Positions 1 to 8,615 of a DNA stretch of 64,000 bases are shown in pieces. Where the stretch lies: contig CALRDV010000001.1 in NCBI GenBank assembly GCA_943355005.1, positions 92,632 to 156,631 of the forward strand, read 5' to 3'. The notes under the pieces were generated by a model. It did not search any database. It saw nothing but the letters and a program-made list of their open reading frames with translations, and was not told the DNA's origin. The stretch comes from Patescibacteria group bacterium (GTDB lineage Bacteria > Patescibacteriota > Microgenomatia > UBA1400 > MFAQ01). The position numbers and the translations under genes are program-made. Numbering within the stretch: position 1 is the first letter of the stretch; each line of letters starts with the position of its first letter.

Positions 1-1547
1 ATTCTTTTTACTCCACAACCTCATACCAGTTCACCAAGATTCTGTACACTTGTAATGGAAAAACCATAACGGACAATTTGCAACAGCTTTGCGACAAGTA
101 CAACACTTTCTCTTTGATTGCTGCTTCCAAGCTCGCCGACGCCGTCTATCAAGTTTCTGTTGAAGGCCTTGATGAAGTTGGTAACTCCTCACCTATCAGC
201 TTCACCTTGGTTGTAGGTAAGAATACTCCTAAACCTACACCCACTCCTAAACCTACACCCACTTCTAAACCAACTCCTACCCCCACTCCTACCCCAACTC
301 CAACTCCTACCCCCACTCCCACTGTTACAAGTACCCCAGCAGATACTCCTACTCCTACCCCCACTCCCACTCAAACCATTACCATTCAAGTAAACGACGT
401 CAACGGTCAGCCTGTCAGTGGTGTCGGTGTCATGGTCACCCCCGTTGCTCCGACTACTCTCACCGATTCCCCACCCATCACTATTCAAACCGTAACTCTC
501 ACCGCTACCGAGCCGTCTGCTACTAATACAGCTTCTTCGGGGACACAGGAAAATCTATCCATATTCGAACAATTCAAAATTGCTTTAAACAATATTATCG
601 GAGAAAAGACGAATGAAAATGGTCAAATCACTTTAGAGATTCCTCCCGGTGACTATCGGGTCAGAGTCAATGCTGCCACCGAATCCTTTATATTTCCCTC
701 GGTTCTTGCCGCGGAAACCTCGGTCACTAAGGTAGAACTACCCGTAGCTAAGAATTCTATCCAAATTGCCCCTGAGCCATTACCGGTCATCATCAAGAGT
801 TCGGAGAAAGTCTCGGAAGCGGTTGTTCAAGTCTCGGCTACTTCTGTCGCCGCCGTCACCACCTATGGGACACTCACTTCTATCATTGTTGCTATCAAAT
901 CCCTTCTCCCCATCTATGCCGAAACTGGTCGGAGTTTGGCCAGTCTTCCTCTGGACTTTCTAAACGCTTTGTCCAAGCTCGGTCTAAACTACTTTGGTAC
1001 TGGACTTACTTTTATCACCGGCAGGGTCTTTCTGAAGAGGAAGAGAGACGGGTTTGTTTTTGACAGTATTTCTCACAAGCCCATCTTCGGTGCCTATGTC
1101 CTCCTATATTCCCAGTCTGGTAATCTAGCCACGGATTTTACTGACATTGAAGGCAGATACTCCGTCAGTCCTCAGCCGGACACCTATCGTCTAAAAACTC
1201 AATCCACCGGTTTTATTTTCCCCTCAACAATTATCAGCAATGGTCAAGACATTGTTTATTCAAACGTCTACATTCCCGGTGAAGAAGTAGAAGTTGTCAA
1301 TCCCGTAGTACAGCCTGTAAGATATTCGGTAGCCATGGATCCCAAGATCTCCGGACCTATTTCAAAAGGTACAAGCTTCATACGTAGTTTACTGAAGAAA
1401 CTAAAGTATCCTCTCTACATCCTCACTTTTGTCTCCCTGTTCTTCACCTCACTCTCTCCGACTGCCGGCTACTACCGTTCCATCTTCATCATCTTCTGCA
1501 TCCACATCATCTTGAACATTTATCACAGCATTACCGCCAAGGCTTGA
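1..1547 (+). CDS. Surface/membrane protein, 5'-truncated by the window edge. It has a long (TP)n/PTPTPKPTP linker, a carboxypeptidase-regulatory-like beta-sandwich segment ([16 protein letters not shown]...TDIEGRYSV) and a C-terminal hydrophobic anchor.
   Basis: The frame of the listed ORF (78..1547, TTG start) stays open back to base 3, so the true start is upstream of the window. The linker is low-complexity Thr/Pro; the C-terminal ~45 aa are strongly hydrophobic. Confidence 0.5.
   Translation, partial: SFYSTTSYQFTKILYTCNGKTITDNLQQLCDKYNTFSLIAASKLADAVYQVSVEGLDEVGNSSPISFTLVVGKNTPKPTPTPKPTPTSKPTPTPTPTPTPTPTPTPTVTSTPADTPTPTPTPTQTITIQVNDVNGQPVSGVGVMVTPVAPTTLTDSPPITIQTVTLTATEPSATNTASSGTQENLSIFEQFKIALNNIIGEKTNENGQITLEIPPGDYRVRVNAATESFIFPSVLAAETSVTKVELPVAKNSIQIAPEPLPVIIKSSEKVSEAVVQVSATSVAAVTTYGTLTSIIVAIKSLLPIYAETGRSLASLPLDFLNALSKLGLNYFGTGLTFITGRVFLKRKRDGFVFDSISHKPIFGAYVLLYSQSGNLATDFTDIEGRYSVSPQPDTYRLKTQSTGFIFPSTIISNGQDIVYSNVYIPGEEVEVVNPVVQPVRYSVAMDPKISGPISKGTSFIRSLLKKLKYPLYILTFVSLFFTSLSPTAGYYRSIFIIFCIHIILNIYHSITAKA
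229..400 (+). repeat. Imperfect tandem ACTCCT/ACCCCC-type hexanucleotide tract encoding the (TP)n linker; could expand or contract.
   Basis: Direct reading shows cctacaccc / actcctaaa / actcctaccccc units repeated about 25 times. Confidence 0.6.
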
Positions 1548-1601
1548 GTTGATTGAATTTAAATTGACACATCAACTACAAAAGTCTAAAATTCCTTATC
1601 C

Positions 1602-4600
1602 ATGGAAAAAATCAAATCTGGGCTACGTTCTTTTGGTGTTAGGAATGCCATTTTGTCCCTGATAGGAATAGCTGTTATCGTCTTTGGTGTTATTTTTGCG
1701 TCCAATTATCTTCGAAGTTCTGCCCGTTCGAGGCTAGGTTCTGATGCCGGCTTGGTGCTTACAGCCGACAGAGAAGATACCCTGGGAGCCTTCACAGACA
1801 CTACCTTCACCCTGAAGTCAGACAAAGACCTGTCGGTTTCAGATGTCAAAAAGAACATCATCTTCTTCCCCGAAATCGATTTTGATGTTAGAGAAGTTGG
1901 CTCACGCCAATTTAGCATTAAGCCCAAAAACAATCTAAATGATAACAGCCTTTATCGCATCAAGATTCTTTCACAAGCCAAAACCTTTTCCTGGGCATTT
2001 CAAACGAAGAACGATTTTCGGGTTGTTCAGTCTCTTCCCAGAGACAAAGGCACCTACGTTCCCCTCAATTCCGGTATCGAAGTCACCTTTAGCCATGACA
2101 ATTGGGAAGACATAAATTTCAAAACGAATAACTTCGAAATCACCCCAAATGTTGAAGGCCGATTTGAGAGACATTCCAGAACCTTATCTTTCGTGCCCAA
2201 ATCGCTGGCTCCGGACACCTTGTATACAGTCAAAGTTAAGAAAGGTGTCGTATTAAAGGGTAGTACCGACTCGCTTAAGGAAGATTATATTTTTCAGTTC
2301 GAAACCCAGCCGGCCAGTAGGGACCAAGTCCAATTAAATCTTTCCAGAAGTTTCTACGAATTTTCTCAGGCCGAAACACCGGCCCTTGATTTGTACAGTT
2401 CGTCGCAAGGCGGTGCCGATGTCACAGTGAAAGTCTACCAGGATCCCCCTCAAGGTTTTCTGTCGGATTTAATTACCAAACTTTCCATTCCTTCGTGGGC
2501 CAACAACTCTCTTCGAAACAATCGCCGTCCGGTTTCGGGTCTCACCAAAGTACTCGAGTTTAATACTCCTATCCAGAAGCAAACTTATACCTCCTACGTG
2601 ATGTTTCCTCAGACCTTGCCAAAAGGTTATTACATTGTCGAACTTAATATTGGTAATGTCACTACCCAAGCCCTAATACAAATTACCGACATCTCGGCCT
2701 ATCTCTCGGTCAGTGGTACCAAAACAGTCGTCTGGGTAAACGATTTGAAGACTGCCGGTCCCATTTCAGGAGCCGAGGTTGTTCTTGGTGAGGTCAAGGG
2801 TACTTCAGTCGCCGACGGTACAGTTTCTTTTGATACTCCTCTGGATAAATTATCAGATATAAAATATGCCACTGTTTCCAAGGGTGATAGTAAATTATTC
2901 CTACCTCTTCAAAACTCCCGTTATTACTACGATGCTTCATACCAAAATTCTCGCCGACAGACGGATAAATACTGGAATTATTTCTATACCGATCGTCCCG
3001 CTTATCTTCCTACAGACACTCTAAAGTTCTGGGGTTTACTTAGAGATCGCGATAATCTAAGCCAGAAACAAAAATTCACCCTCGAGGTTACCAGGACAGA
3101 TTACTCAAATTGGGATTTTAACCCGGTTGTTTTATTTTCCAGAGAAATTGAGACGAGTGACTTGGGTACTTTTATCGGAGATATACCTCTGACCAATTTC
3201 AATCCTGGCTACTACGGTGTAAATCTCAAGCTCGGCAGCAACATTATTTCCAGTTCTTCTTTCTCCGTAGAGACCTACACCAAGCCGGCATACAAGATTT
3301 CTCTGAATTCACCGAAAAAGGCCTACATTATCGGTGACACTGTCACTTTTTCCGGCCAGGCAACTTTCTTCGAGGGCTCTCCGGTTCCCGGCATGAATCT
3401 CAAGTACAGCATAGGGGGAGATGAAGGAAAAATGTCCACCGACTCAATGGGGAAATACAGCTTCAATTACACTGCTGGTGTCTCGAATAACACCTACAGT
3501 TATTCTCCGGAATCTAAATATATCAATGTCTATTCTGCTCTTCAGGAAGAAGGGGAAATAAACACTAACACCTCTATTTCAGTATTTGACTCTTCATTGG
3601 TATTTGGAAATTCCAAGTCTTCTACCAAGGACCAAGCAGGCAATGTCGAGGTAGATTTGAGGCTAGTTGATACTGATAAATATGTTCAAGGTACTCCAAT
3701 TGAAGAACTTTTTGCCCCCGCTCCATCCAGACAAATTACAGGTGACCTCATGGAAAACCAATATGTAAAGAAAGAAGTTGGCACCTATTACGATTTTATT
3801 AATAAAATTACTACTCCCAGATACGAGTACAGCACAGTCCAGAATAAAATCGCTGACATCACACTGACTACCGATTCAAACGGGAAAGCTGTTTATTCAT
3901 TCCCTGCTACCAAAGGCAAGTCCTACAACGTAAGGCTAAAAGCATCAGACGATCAAGGAAGAGTTACCTCTCGGGATATTTATGTTTCCGGTTACGCTAG
4001 TGACAACTACCTAAATAGTTACCTGTATCTAAAAACGAACAAAACAGGTGAAATCCAAAATAGGTATTCGGTAGGAGAACAAGTGAGTCTTACTTTGATG
4101 AAAGGTGAGTCGGAATTAGTTACCAATTCCTCAGATAAATTCCTTTATCTCTTTGCCCAACGAGGCATCAAGTCTTATCAGATTACCTCAGGTAACAGTA
4201 TTAGTTTCAAATATTCTGATATTTTTGTGCCAAATATCAATATTACTGCGGTTCGTTTCACCGGTAAGACTTATGAGGTTGCAGAAAATATGAGTTTGTA
4301 TTTCGACACAAGTTCCAAAAAACTCTCCTTGGATGTGACCAAAGATAAAGCAACTTACCTTCCGGGGGATACTGCGAAGATTTCTGTTTTGGCCAAGGAT
4401 TTTTCCGGGAGTCCTGCCCAGGCAGAAGTAAATCTTAGTTTTGTGGATGAAGCTTACTACGCGCTTTACAGCCAGTATTTGGACCCACTTTCCCGAATTT
4501 ATTCTCAGCTCGATTCGGACATCATTGCAAGTTATCAATCTCATCGTTATCCCCTTGATAGTGGTGGTGCTGAAGGTGGTGGGTGTTTCTTGCCTGGGAC

Positions 4601-6818
4601 TCAGATTCTCATGTCGGATGGAAAAACCAAGAATATTGAAGATGTTAAAGTCGGAGATAAAGTCAAAACTCTTACTTCTTCCGATTCAGATAAATTGGTA
4701 AGCGCCAAAGTTATCAAGACATTTGTTCACAAATTAGCTGGCTATCTTGTAATAAACAATCACCTTAGAGTGACCGGTGAACACAACTTATTTATCAACG
4801 GCCGATGGATGACTGCTTTGGAAGCCAAGGTAGGGGATTCTTATCTGGACGTAAATGGTAAATATCAGGATATTTATTCCATCGAAAATTATTCGGGAAT
4901 TAATACTGTCTACAACTTTACGGTCGAGAAACTCAGCACTTATTTTGCTGATGGATTCTATGTTCACAACGACAAGGGCCGTGAACTCTTTGTAGACAAT
5001 GCCTTCTTTGGTAGTGTCAGGACCGGTGCCGATGGTCGCGCCTCAGTAGACGTGAAGCTTCCCGACAATCTTACTTCCTGGAGAATCACATCTCAGGGAA
5101 TCACGGGAGATCTGAAGGTGGGTGTCGCTCAAACTCCACTTATCGTCAAACAACCTCTCTTTGTCGATGCCGTCATGAATACTGAATATGTCATCGGAGA
5201 TCATCCACAGATTTTAGTTCGTGTCTATGGTGAAGGATTGTCTACTGGGGAAAACGTAAATGTCGTGGTTCAGTCGGATAGTTTAGGAATCTCCAAAACA
5301 TTCTCAGTTAAAGCTTTTGAATCTTCCAAAATTGATCTTGGAGTGCTAAAGGAAGGTATCCATAAAATTTCTTTCACCGGGAACTCCGGAAGTTTGTCTG
5401 ACAAACTTATTCGTAGCCTTACCGTTATCCCATCCAGATTGCAGGTTGCTAAAACGGAAAGTTCGGCTCTTACTGCTGAGACTAAGCCTGTCGGATCCTC
5501 AAATTCTCCTACCGGAATATTTATTTCAGACCTAAGTTTGGGGCGTTTCTACCCTCCACTACTGAATCTGTCATATACATGGGGAGATCGTTTGGATCAA
5601 AGAATTGCCCGTACTCTTTCTCAAGAAATTATCAAAAAAAGTTTTGATGATACTGTTATTCCGGAAAAATTGGACCTAACTTCCTTTCAGACTGGTGAAG
5701 GTGGCTACGCTCTCTTTCCATACTCCGGTTCAGATTTAGAACTATCCGCCTTTGTGGCTGCTTTGGCTGGTGATAAAGTTGATAGAGTAGGTCTTGCCAA
5801 TTATTTCTATAGAAATCTTTCAAAAATTCAGGACTCGGAAGGCTTTGCCAAATCTCTATACGGTCTAGCTTCTCTGGATGAGCCGGTTCTTCTTTTAATA
5901 AACCGTCTCGATGAGACCAAAAATCTTTCGCCTATGGCTAGGATTTATATTGGCTTAGCTCAAGCCGCCATTGGAGATACCGAGAATGCGGCTGATACCT
6001 ATCGTTCACTAATATCTGAGTTTGCCATCCCACAAGATAATCTTACTTACATGAAGGTGGGAAATGATAAGGATAGCTTTTTAAGAGCCACCGCTCTTAC
6101 TTCTGCCTTAGCTTCAGTTCTAAGTGAGAAAGAAGCTGATAGTCTTTTGGCTTATACCTTAAGTAATAGGGCCAAAGATATTCTATTAGTTTCGCCGGAA
6201 TTAATATCCATCAAGAATCAAGTTAACAATTCTGTTCCTCAGCCTGTCTCTTTTGCTTACACTTTGGGTGGTAAAAAAGTCACTAAGAGTTTAGAAAAAG
6301 GAAAAGTATTTAAGCTGGAACTTTCACCCAAAGACTTGGCGGATATCACTTTCTCTGATATTGTAGGCAGTGTGGGGATAACTTCTGCTTACTTCACTCC
6401 CTTGGATCCCAAAACAGCAACTGTAGACCCGTCGGTAAAAGTTAGTCGAAATTATTCTGTCAAAGGTAAAGATACAACCGTGTTCTCTGAGTCTGATCTT
6501 GTCAAAGTCACTCTTCCGGTTACTTATGCCGCCATTACTCAGGATGGTTGTTATCAGGTCACAGACATCCTTCCGTCGGGTCTGAAACCTGTTACATCCA
6601 TGTCATCCATGATTAGCAATGCCTATCTATACCCCTATGATATCAATGGTCAGAAGGTCAGCTTCTGTGTCTCCAAGGGCGATACGAGGAGTAGTGTGTC
6701 CTATTATGCTCGAGTGATATCGGCAGGGGATTACAGGTCGGAGAACGCAATTATTCAGTCACTCAAGGCTCCGTCAATCTTCAATTTCTCACCTGCCGGA
6801 ACCGTGAGTATCAAATGA
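1602..6818 (+). CDS. Giant (1738 aa) membrane-anchored alpha-2-macroglobulin-like protein with degenerate thioester site, carrying a Hint/bacterial-intein-like domain at the bait-region position.
   Basis: N-terminal TM helix (ILSLIGIAVIVFGVIFASNYL). A2M MG motif 'AFFGSVRTGADGRASVDVKLPDNLTSWRI...GDLKVGVAQ' (compare human A2M 'PDTITEW'). Helical TED-like region 'TGEGGYALFPY...LSAFVAALAG' in place of CGEQ. Hint domain from 'GGGCFLPGTQILMSDG' to 'FYVHN'. Confidence 0.65.
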   Translation: MEKIKSGLRSFGVRNAILSLIGIAVIVFGVIFASNYLRSSARSRLGSDAGLVLTADREDTLGAFTDTTFTLKSDKDLSVSDVKKNIIFFPEIDFDVREVGSRQFSIKPKNNLNDNSLYRIKILSQAKTFSWAFQTKNDFRVVQSLPRDKGTYVPLNSGIEVTFSHDNWEDINFKTNNFEITPNVEGRFERHSRTLSFVPKSLAPDTLYTVKVKKGVVLKGSTDSLKEDYIFQFETQPASRDQVQLNLSRSFYEFSQAETPALDLYSSSQGGADVTVKVYQDPPQGFLSDLITKLSIPSWANNSLRNNRRPVSGLTKVLEFNTPIQKQTYTSYVMFPQTLPKGYYIVELNIGNVTTQALIQITDISAYLSVSGTKTVVWVNDLKTAGPISGAEVVLGEVKGTSVADGTVSFDTPLDKLSDIKYATVSKGDSKLFLPLQNSRYYYDASYQNSRRQTDKYWNYFYTDRPAYLPTDTLKFWGLLRDRDNLSQKQKFTLEVTRTDYSNWDFNPVVLFSREIETSDLGTFIGDIPLTNFNPGYYGVNLKLGSNIISSSSFSVETYTKPAYKISLNSPKKAYIIGDTVTFSGQATFFEGSPVPGMNLKYSIGGDEGKMSTDSMGKYSFNYTAGVSNNTYSYSPESKYINVYSALQEEGEINTNTSISVFDSSLVFGNSKSSTKDQAGNVEVDLRLVDTDKYVQGTPIEELFAPAPSRQITGDLMENQYVKKEVGTYYDFINKITTPRYEYSTVQNKIADITLTTDSNGKAVYSFPATKGKSYNVRLKASDDQGRVTSRDIYVSGYASDNYLNSYLYLKTNKTGEIQNRYSVGEQVSLTLMKGESELVTNSSDKFLYLFAQRGIKSYQITSGNSISFKYSDIFVPNINITAVRFTGKTYEVAENMSLYFDTSSKKLSLDVTKDKATYLPGDTAKISVLAKDFSGSPAQAEVNLSFVDEAYYALYSQYLDPLSRIYSQLDSDIIASYQSHRYPLDSGGAEGGGCFLPGTQILMSDGKTKNIEDVKVGDKVKTLTSSDSDKLVSAKVIKTFVHKLAGYLVINNHLRVTGEHNLFINGRWMTALEAKVGDSYLDVNGKYQDIYSIENYSGINTVYNFTVEKLSTYFADGFYVHNDKGRELFVDNAFFGSVRTGADGRASVDVKLPDNLTSWRITSQGITGDLKVGVAQTPLIVKQPLFVDAVMNTEYVIGDHPQILVRVYGEGLSTGENVNVVVQSDSLGISKTFSVKAFESSKIDLGVLKEGIHKISFTGNSGSLSDKLIRSLTVIPSRLQVAKTESSALTAETKPVGSSNSPTGIFISDLSLGRFYPPLLNLSYTWGDRLDQRIARTLSQEIIKKSFDDTVIPEKLDLTSFQTGEGGYALFPYSGSDLELSAFVAALAGDKVDRVGLANYFYRNLSKIQDSEGFAKSLYGLASLDEPVLLLINRLDETKNLSPMARIYIGLAQAAIGDTENAADTYRSLISEFAIPQDNLTYMKVGNDKDSFLRATALTSALASVLSEKEADSLLAYTLSNRAKDILLVSPELISIKNQVNNSVPQPVSFAYTLGGKKVTKSLEKGKVFKLELSPKDLADITFSDIVGSVGITSAYFTPLDPKTATVDPSVKVSRNYSVKGKDTTVFSESDLVKVTLPVTYAAITQDGCYQVTDILPSGLKPVTSMSSMISNAYLYPYDINGQKVSFCVSKGDTRSSVSYYARVISAGDYRSENAIIQSLKAPSIFNFSPAGTVSIK
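4584..4970 (+). other. Hint / bacterial intein-like (BIL) domain, about 129 aa, embedded in the A2M-like protein. The flanks are DSGGAEGGG|C ... VHN|DKG, so there is no C+1 nucleophile.
   Basis: N-terminal splicing motif C-F-L-x-G-T-x-I; block B 'TGEH'; C-terminal 'VHN'. The following residue is Asp, as in BIL domains rather than canonical inteins. Confidence 0.6.
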
Positions 6819-8614
6819 AGCATCTTAAGAAGCATCTTGTCATTCCGGGCCCTGCCTTGCTAGTAGGCAGGTTGACCCGGAATCCATCTGGATTTGTAAT
6901 TGGTCTTCTGTTGTCCTTATTACTTATCGTACTTGGAATAAACATTTTACTTTCTTATAAGCCCAGAAAAACAATTTCTCTAAAGCCAACCTTCTCCACA
7001 GACTTTGCCTATGACAATCGTACTTTTCTCCACGCCGTAGCCGAAAACAAAAGTATTGGAGGTTCTATTCCGAGTGTCGTTATCCTACCCCACCATCTAC
7101 TTGCTTCCACCATTATTGCAGAAGGCATTTCGATGTTGGCGAGGCAGTCACCTAAAACTATTATTATTCTTTCTCCAAATCATGCGAATACCGGCCAGTG
7201 TGACATTGTTACTTCACGAAATAGTTGGGAGACTCCCTTTGGTCAAATGGATGTTGATCTAGATATTCAAAAGATATTTTTGGATTCCAAGATTATATGT
7301 ACAGACGACACCGCTATGCAGGTGGAGCACGGTGTAGCCGGTCTTTTGCCATTTATTAAATATTATCTACCGAACACTAAAGTTGTTCCTTTGGCACTAA
7401 AGAAAGAAATTGATCCTAATTCGTTCAAAATATTTACTCAAAAATTAATTGAAGTTTCCAAAAACTCTACCATTTTAGCCTCCATCGACTTCTCTCATGG
7501 TCTGTCTCAGAAGGAATCATTAAAGCGGGACAGCCAAACAAAAAGTTTAATTGCCAATCTTAATTATTCGGAATTAGAAAAATTATCTTCTGAGTACATA
7601 GACTCCCCAATATCTCTCATTTCTGCACTAAGTGTAATTAATTCCTATGGTTCCAAGCCCGAATTTCTCGTTCACTCCGACTCGTCAGCATTCAATAGAG
7701 ACACCAAAGATGTCACCTCATATTTTTTGATTTCCGACACACCGTCATTGCGAGGTACTCCGCGGCAATCTACCGGCTCGAACGACTCCTTCACCCTTGT
7801 CTTCGGCGGAGACGTCATGCTTGGTCGTTCTGTGAACACTCGCATGCTCAAATATTCAGATTTCACTTGGCCTTTTTTAAAAATATCAACTTTACTTTCC
7901 CAAGCAGATTTAACTCTGGTGAATCTGGAGTCGCCCTTTCGCTCTGGATGCAAAGAGTCTGATTCTGGAATGGTTTTCTGTGCGGATCCACGGTCCATCG
8001 AAGGTTTACTCGCCGCAGGAGTGGATGTTGTGAATCTGGCCAACAACCATATTGATAACCAGGGAAAAGAGGGGATAACTGAGACTTTGGAGATTTTAAA
8101 TAAGAATAATATTGTCTCTGTGGGGGTGGACCCCCGCGACCACCCAACTCCGTCAAATATTTTCACCATCAAAAACACCAAAATCGCCTTCCTCGGCTTT
8201 GACGATATTCGACCCGTCTCATCGGAAGTTACTTCTGCCACTCCGGAAAATATCAAGACTCAAATCGCTGAAGCCAAAAAGATGTCTGATCTTGTTGTAG
8301 CCACCTTTCACTGGGGAAGCGAATACAGTTCTCACAATTCCGGACAAGAATATTTGGCTCATCTAGCTATTGATTCCGGTGCCGACTTGGTCATTGGTCA
8401 TCACCCCCACTGGGTTCAGGAGTTTGAAGAATACAAAAGCAAGCCCATCTATTATTCTTTGGGAAACTTGGTCTTCGATCAAATGTGGTCCGACAAGACC
8501 AGAAATGGACTAGTTGTCAGATTCACTTACACTGGTTCCGATTTGCTCAACAGAGAAGAATTCCCCATCAAGATTTTTGACTACGGCCAACCGGCTCTGC
8601 TATACAATAAGTAG
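6815..8614 (+). CDS. Membrane-anchored fusion protein: MEMO1/AmmeMemoRadiSam-B-like domain fused to a CapA/PGA_cap metallophosphatase-like domain. The N-terminal tail is encoded by a palindromic repeat.
   Basis: Memo-like 'ILPHHLLAST...LSPNHAN...WETPFGQMDVD...VEHGVAGLLPFIKYYLP'. CapA-like 'FGGDVMLGR...NLESPF...NLANNHIDNQG...HWGSEYS...IGHHPHW'. TM 'FVIGLLLSLLLIVLGINILL'. The ATG overlaps the stop of the upstream gene (ATGA). Confidence 0.6.
   Translation: MKHLKKHLVIPGPALLVGRLTRNPSGFVIGLLLSLLLIVLGINILLSYKPRKTISLKPTFSTDFAYDNRTFLHAVAENKSIGGSIPSVVILPHHLLASTIIAEGISMLARQSPKTIIILSPNHANTGQCDIVTSRNSWETPFGQMDVDLDIQKIFLDSKIICTDDTAMQVEHGVAGLLPFIKYYLPNTKVVPLALKKEIDPNSFKIFTQKLIEVSKNSTILASIDFSHGLSQKESLKRDSQTKSLIANLNYSELEKLSSEYIDSPISLISALSVINSYGSKPEFLVHSDSSAFNRDTKDVTSYFLISDTPSLRGTPRQSTGSNDSFTLVFGGDVMLGRSVNTRMLKYSDFTWPFLKISTLLSQADLTLVNLESPFRSGCKESDSGMVFCADPRSIEGLLAAGVDVVNLANNHIDNQGKEGITETLEILNKNNIVSVGVDPRDHPTPSNIFTIKNTKIAFLGFDDIRPVSSEVTSATPENIKTQIAEAKKMSDLVVATFHWGSEYSSHNSGQEYLAHLAIDSGADLVIGHHPHWVQEFEEYKSKPIYYSLGNLVFDQMWSDKTRNGLVVRFTYTGSDLLNREEFPIKIFDYGQPALLYNK
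6839..6892 (+). repeat. GTCATTCC...GGAATCCATCTGG palindromic repeat with a nested inner palindrome, translated as 'VIPGPALLVGRLTRNPSG' at the N-terminus of the Memo/CapA gene.
   Basis: gtcattccgggccctgccttgctagtaggcaggttgacccggaatccatctgg. Confidence 0.8.
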
Positions 8615-8615
8615 T

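Noticed and set aside
149-488. Minus-strand ORFs encoding (GV)n / Gly-rich peptides.
   Set aside because: Antisense translation of the (TP)n tandem repeat inside the plus-strand surface-protein gene; no independent start or RBS context.
7672-8300. Several ORFs inside the Memo/CapA gene (7672..8256 -, 7863..8156 -, 8112..8300 +).
   Set aside because: Antisense or alternative frames within a gene that has clear domain homology.
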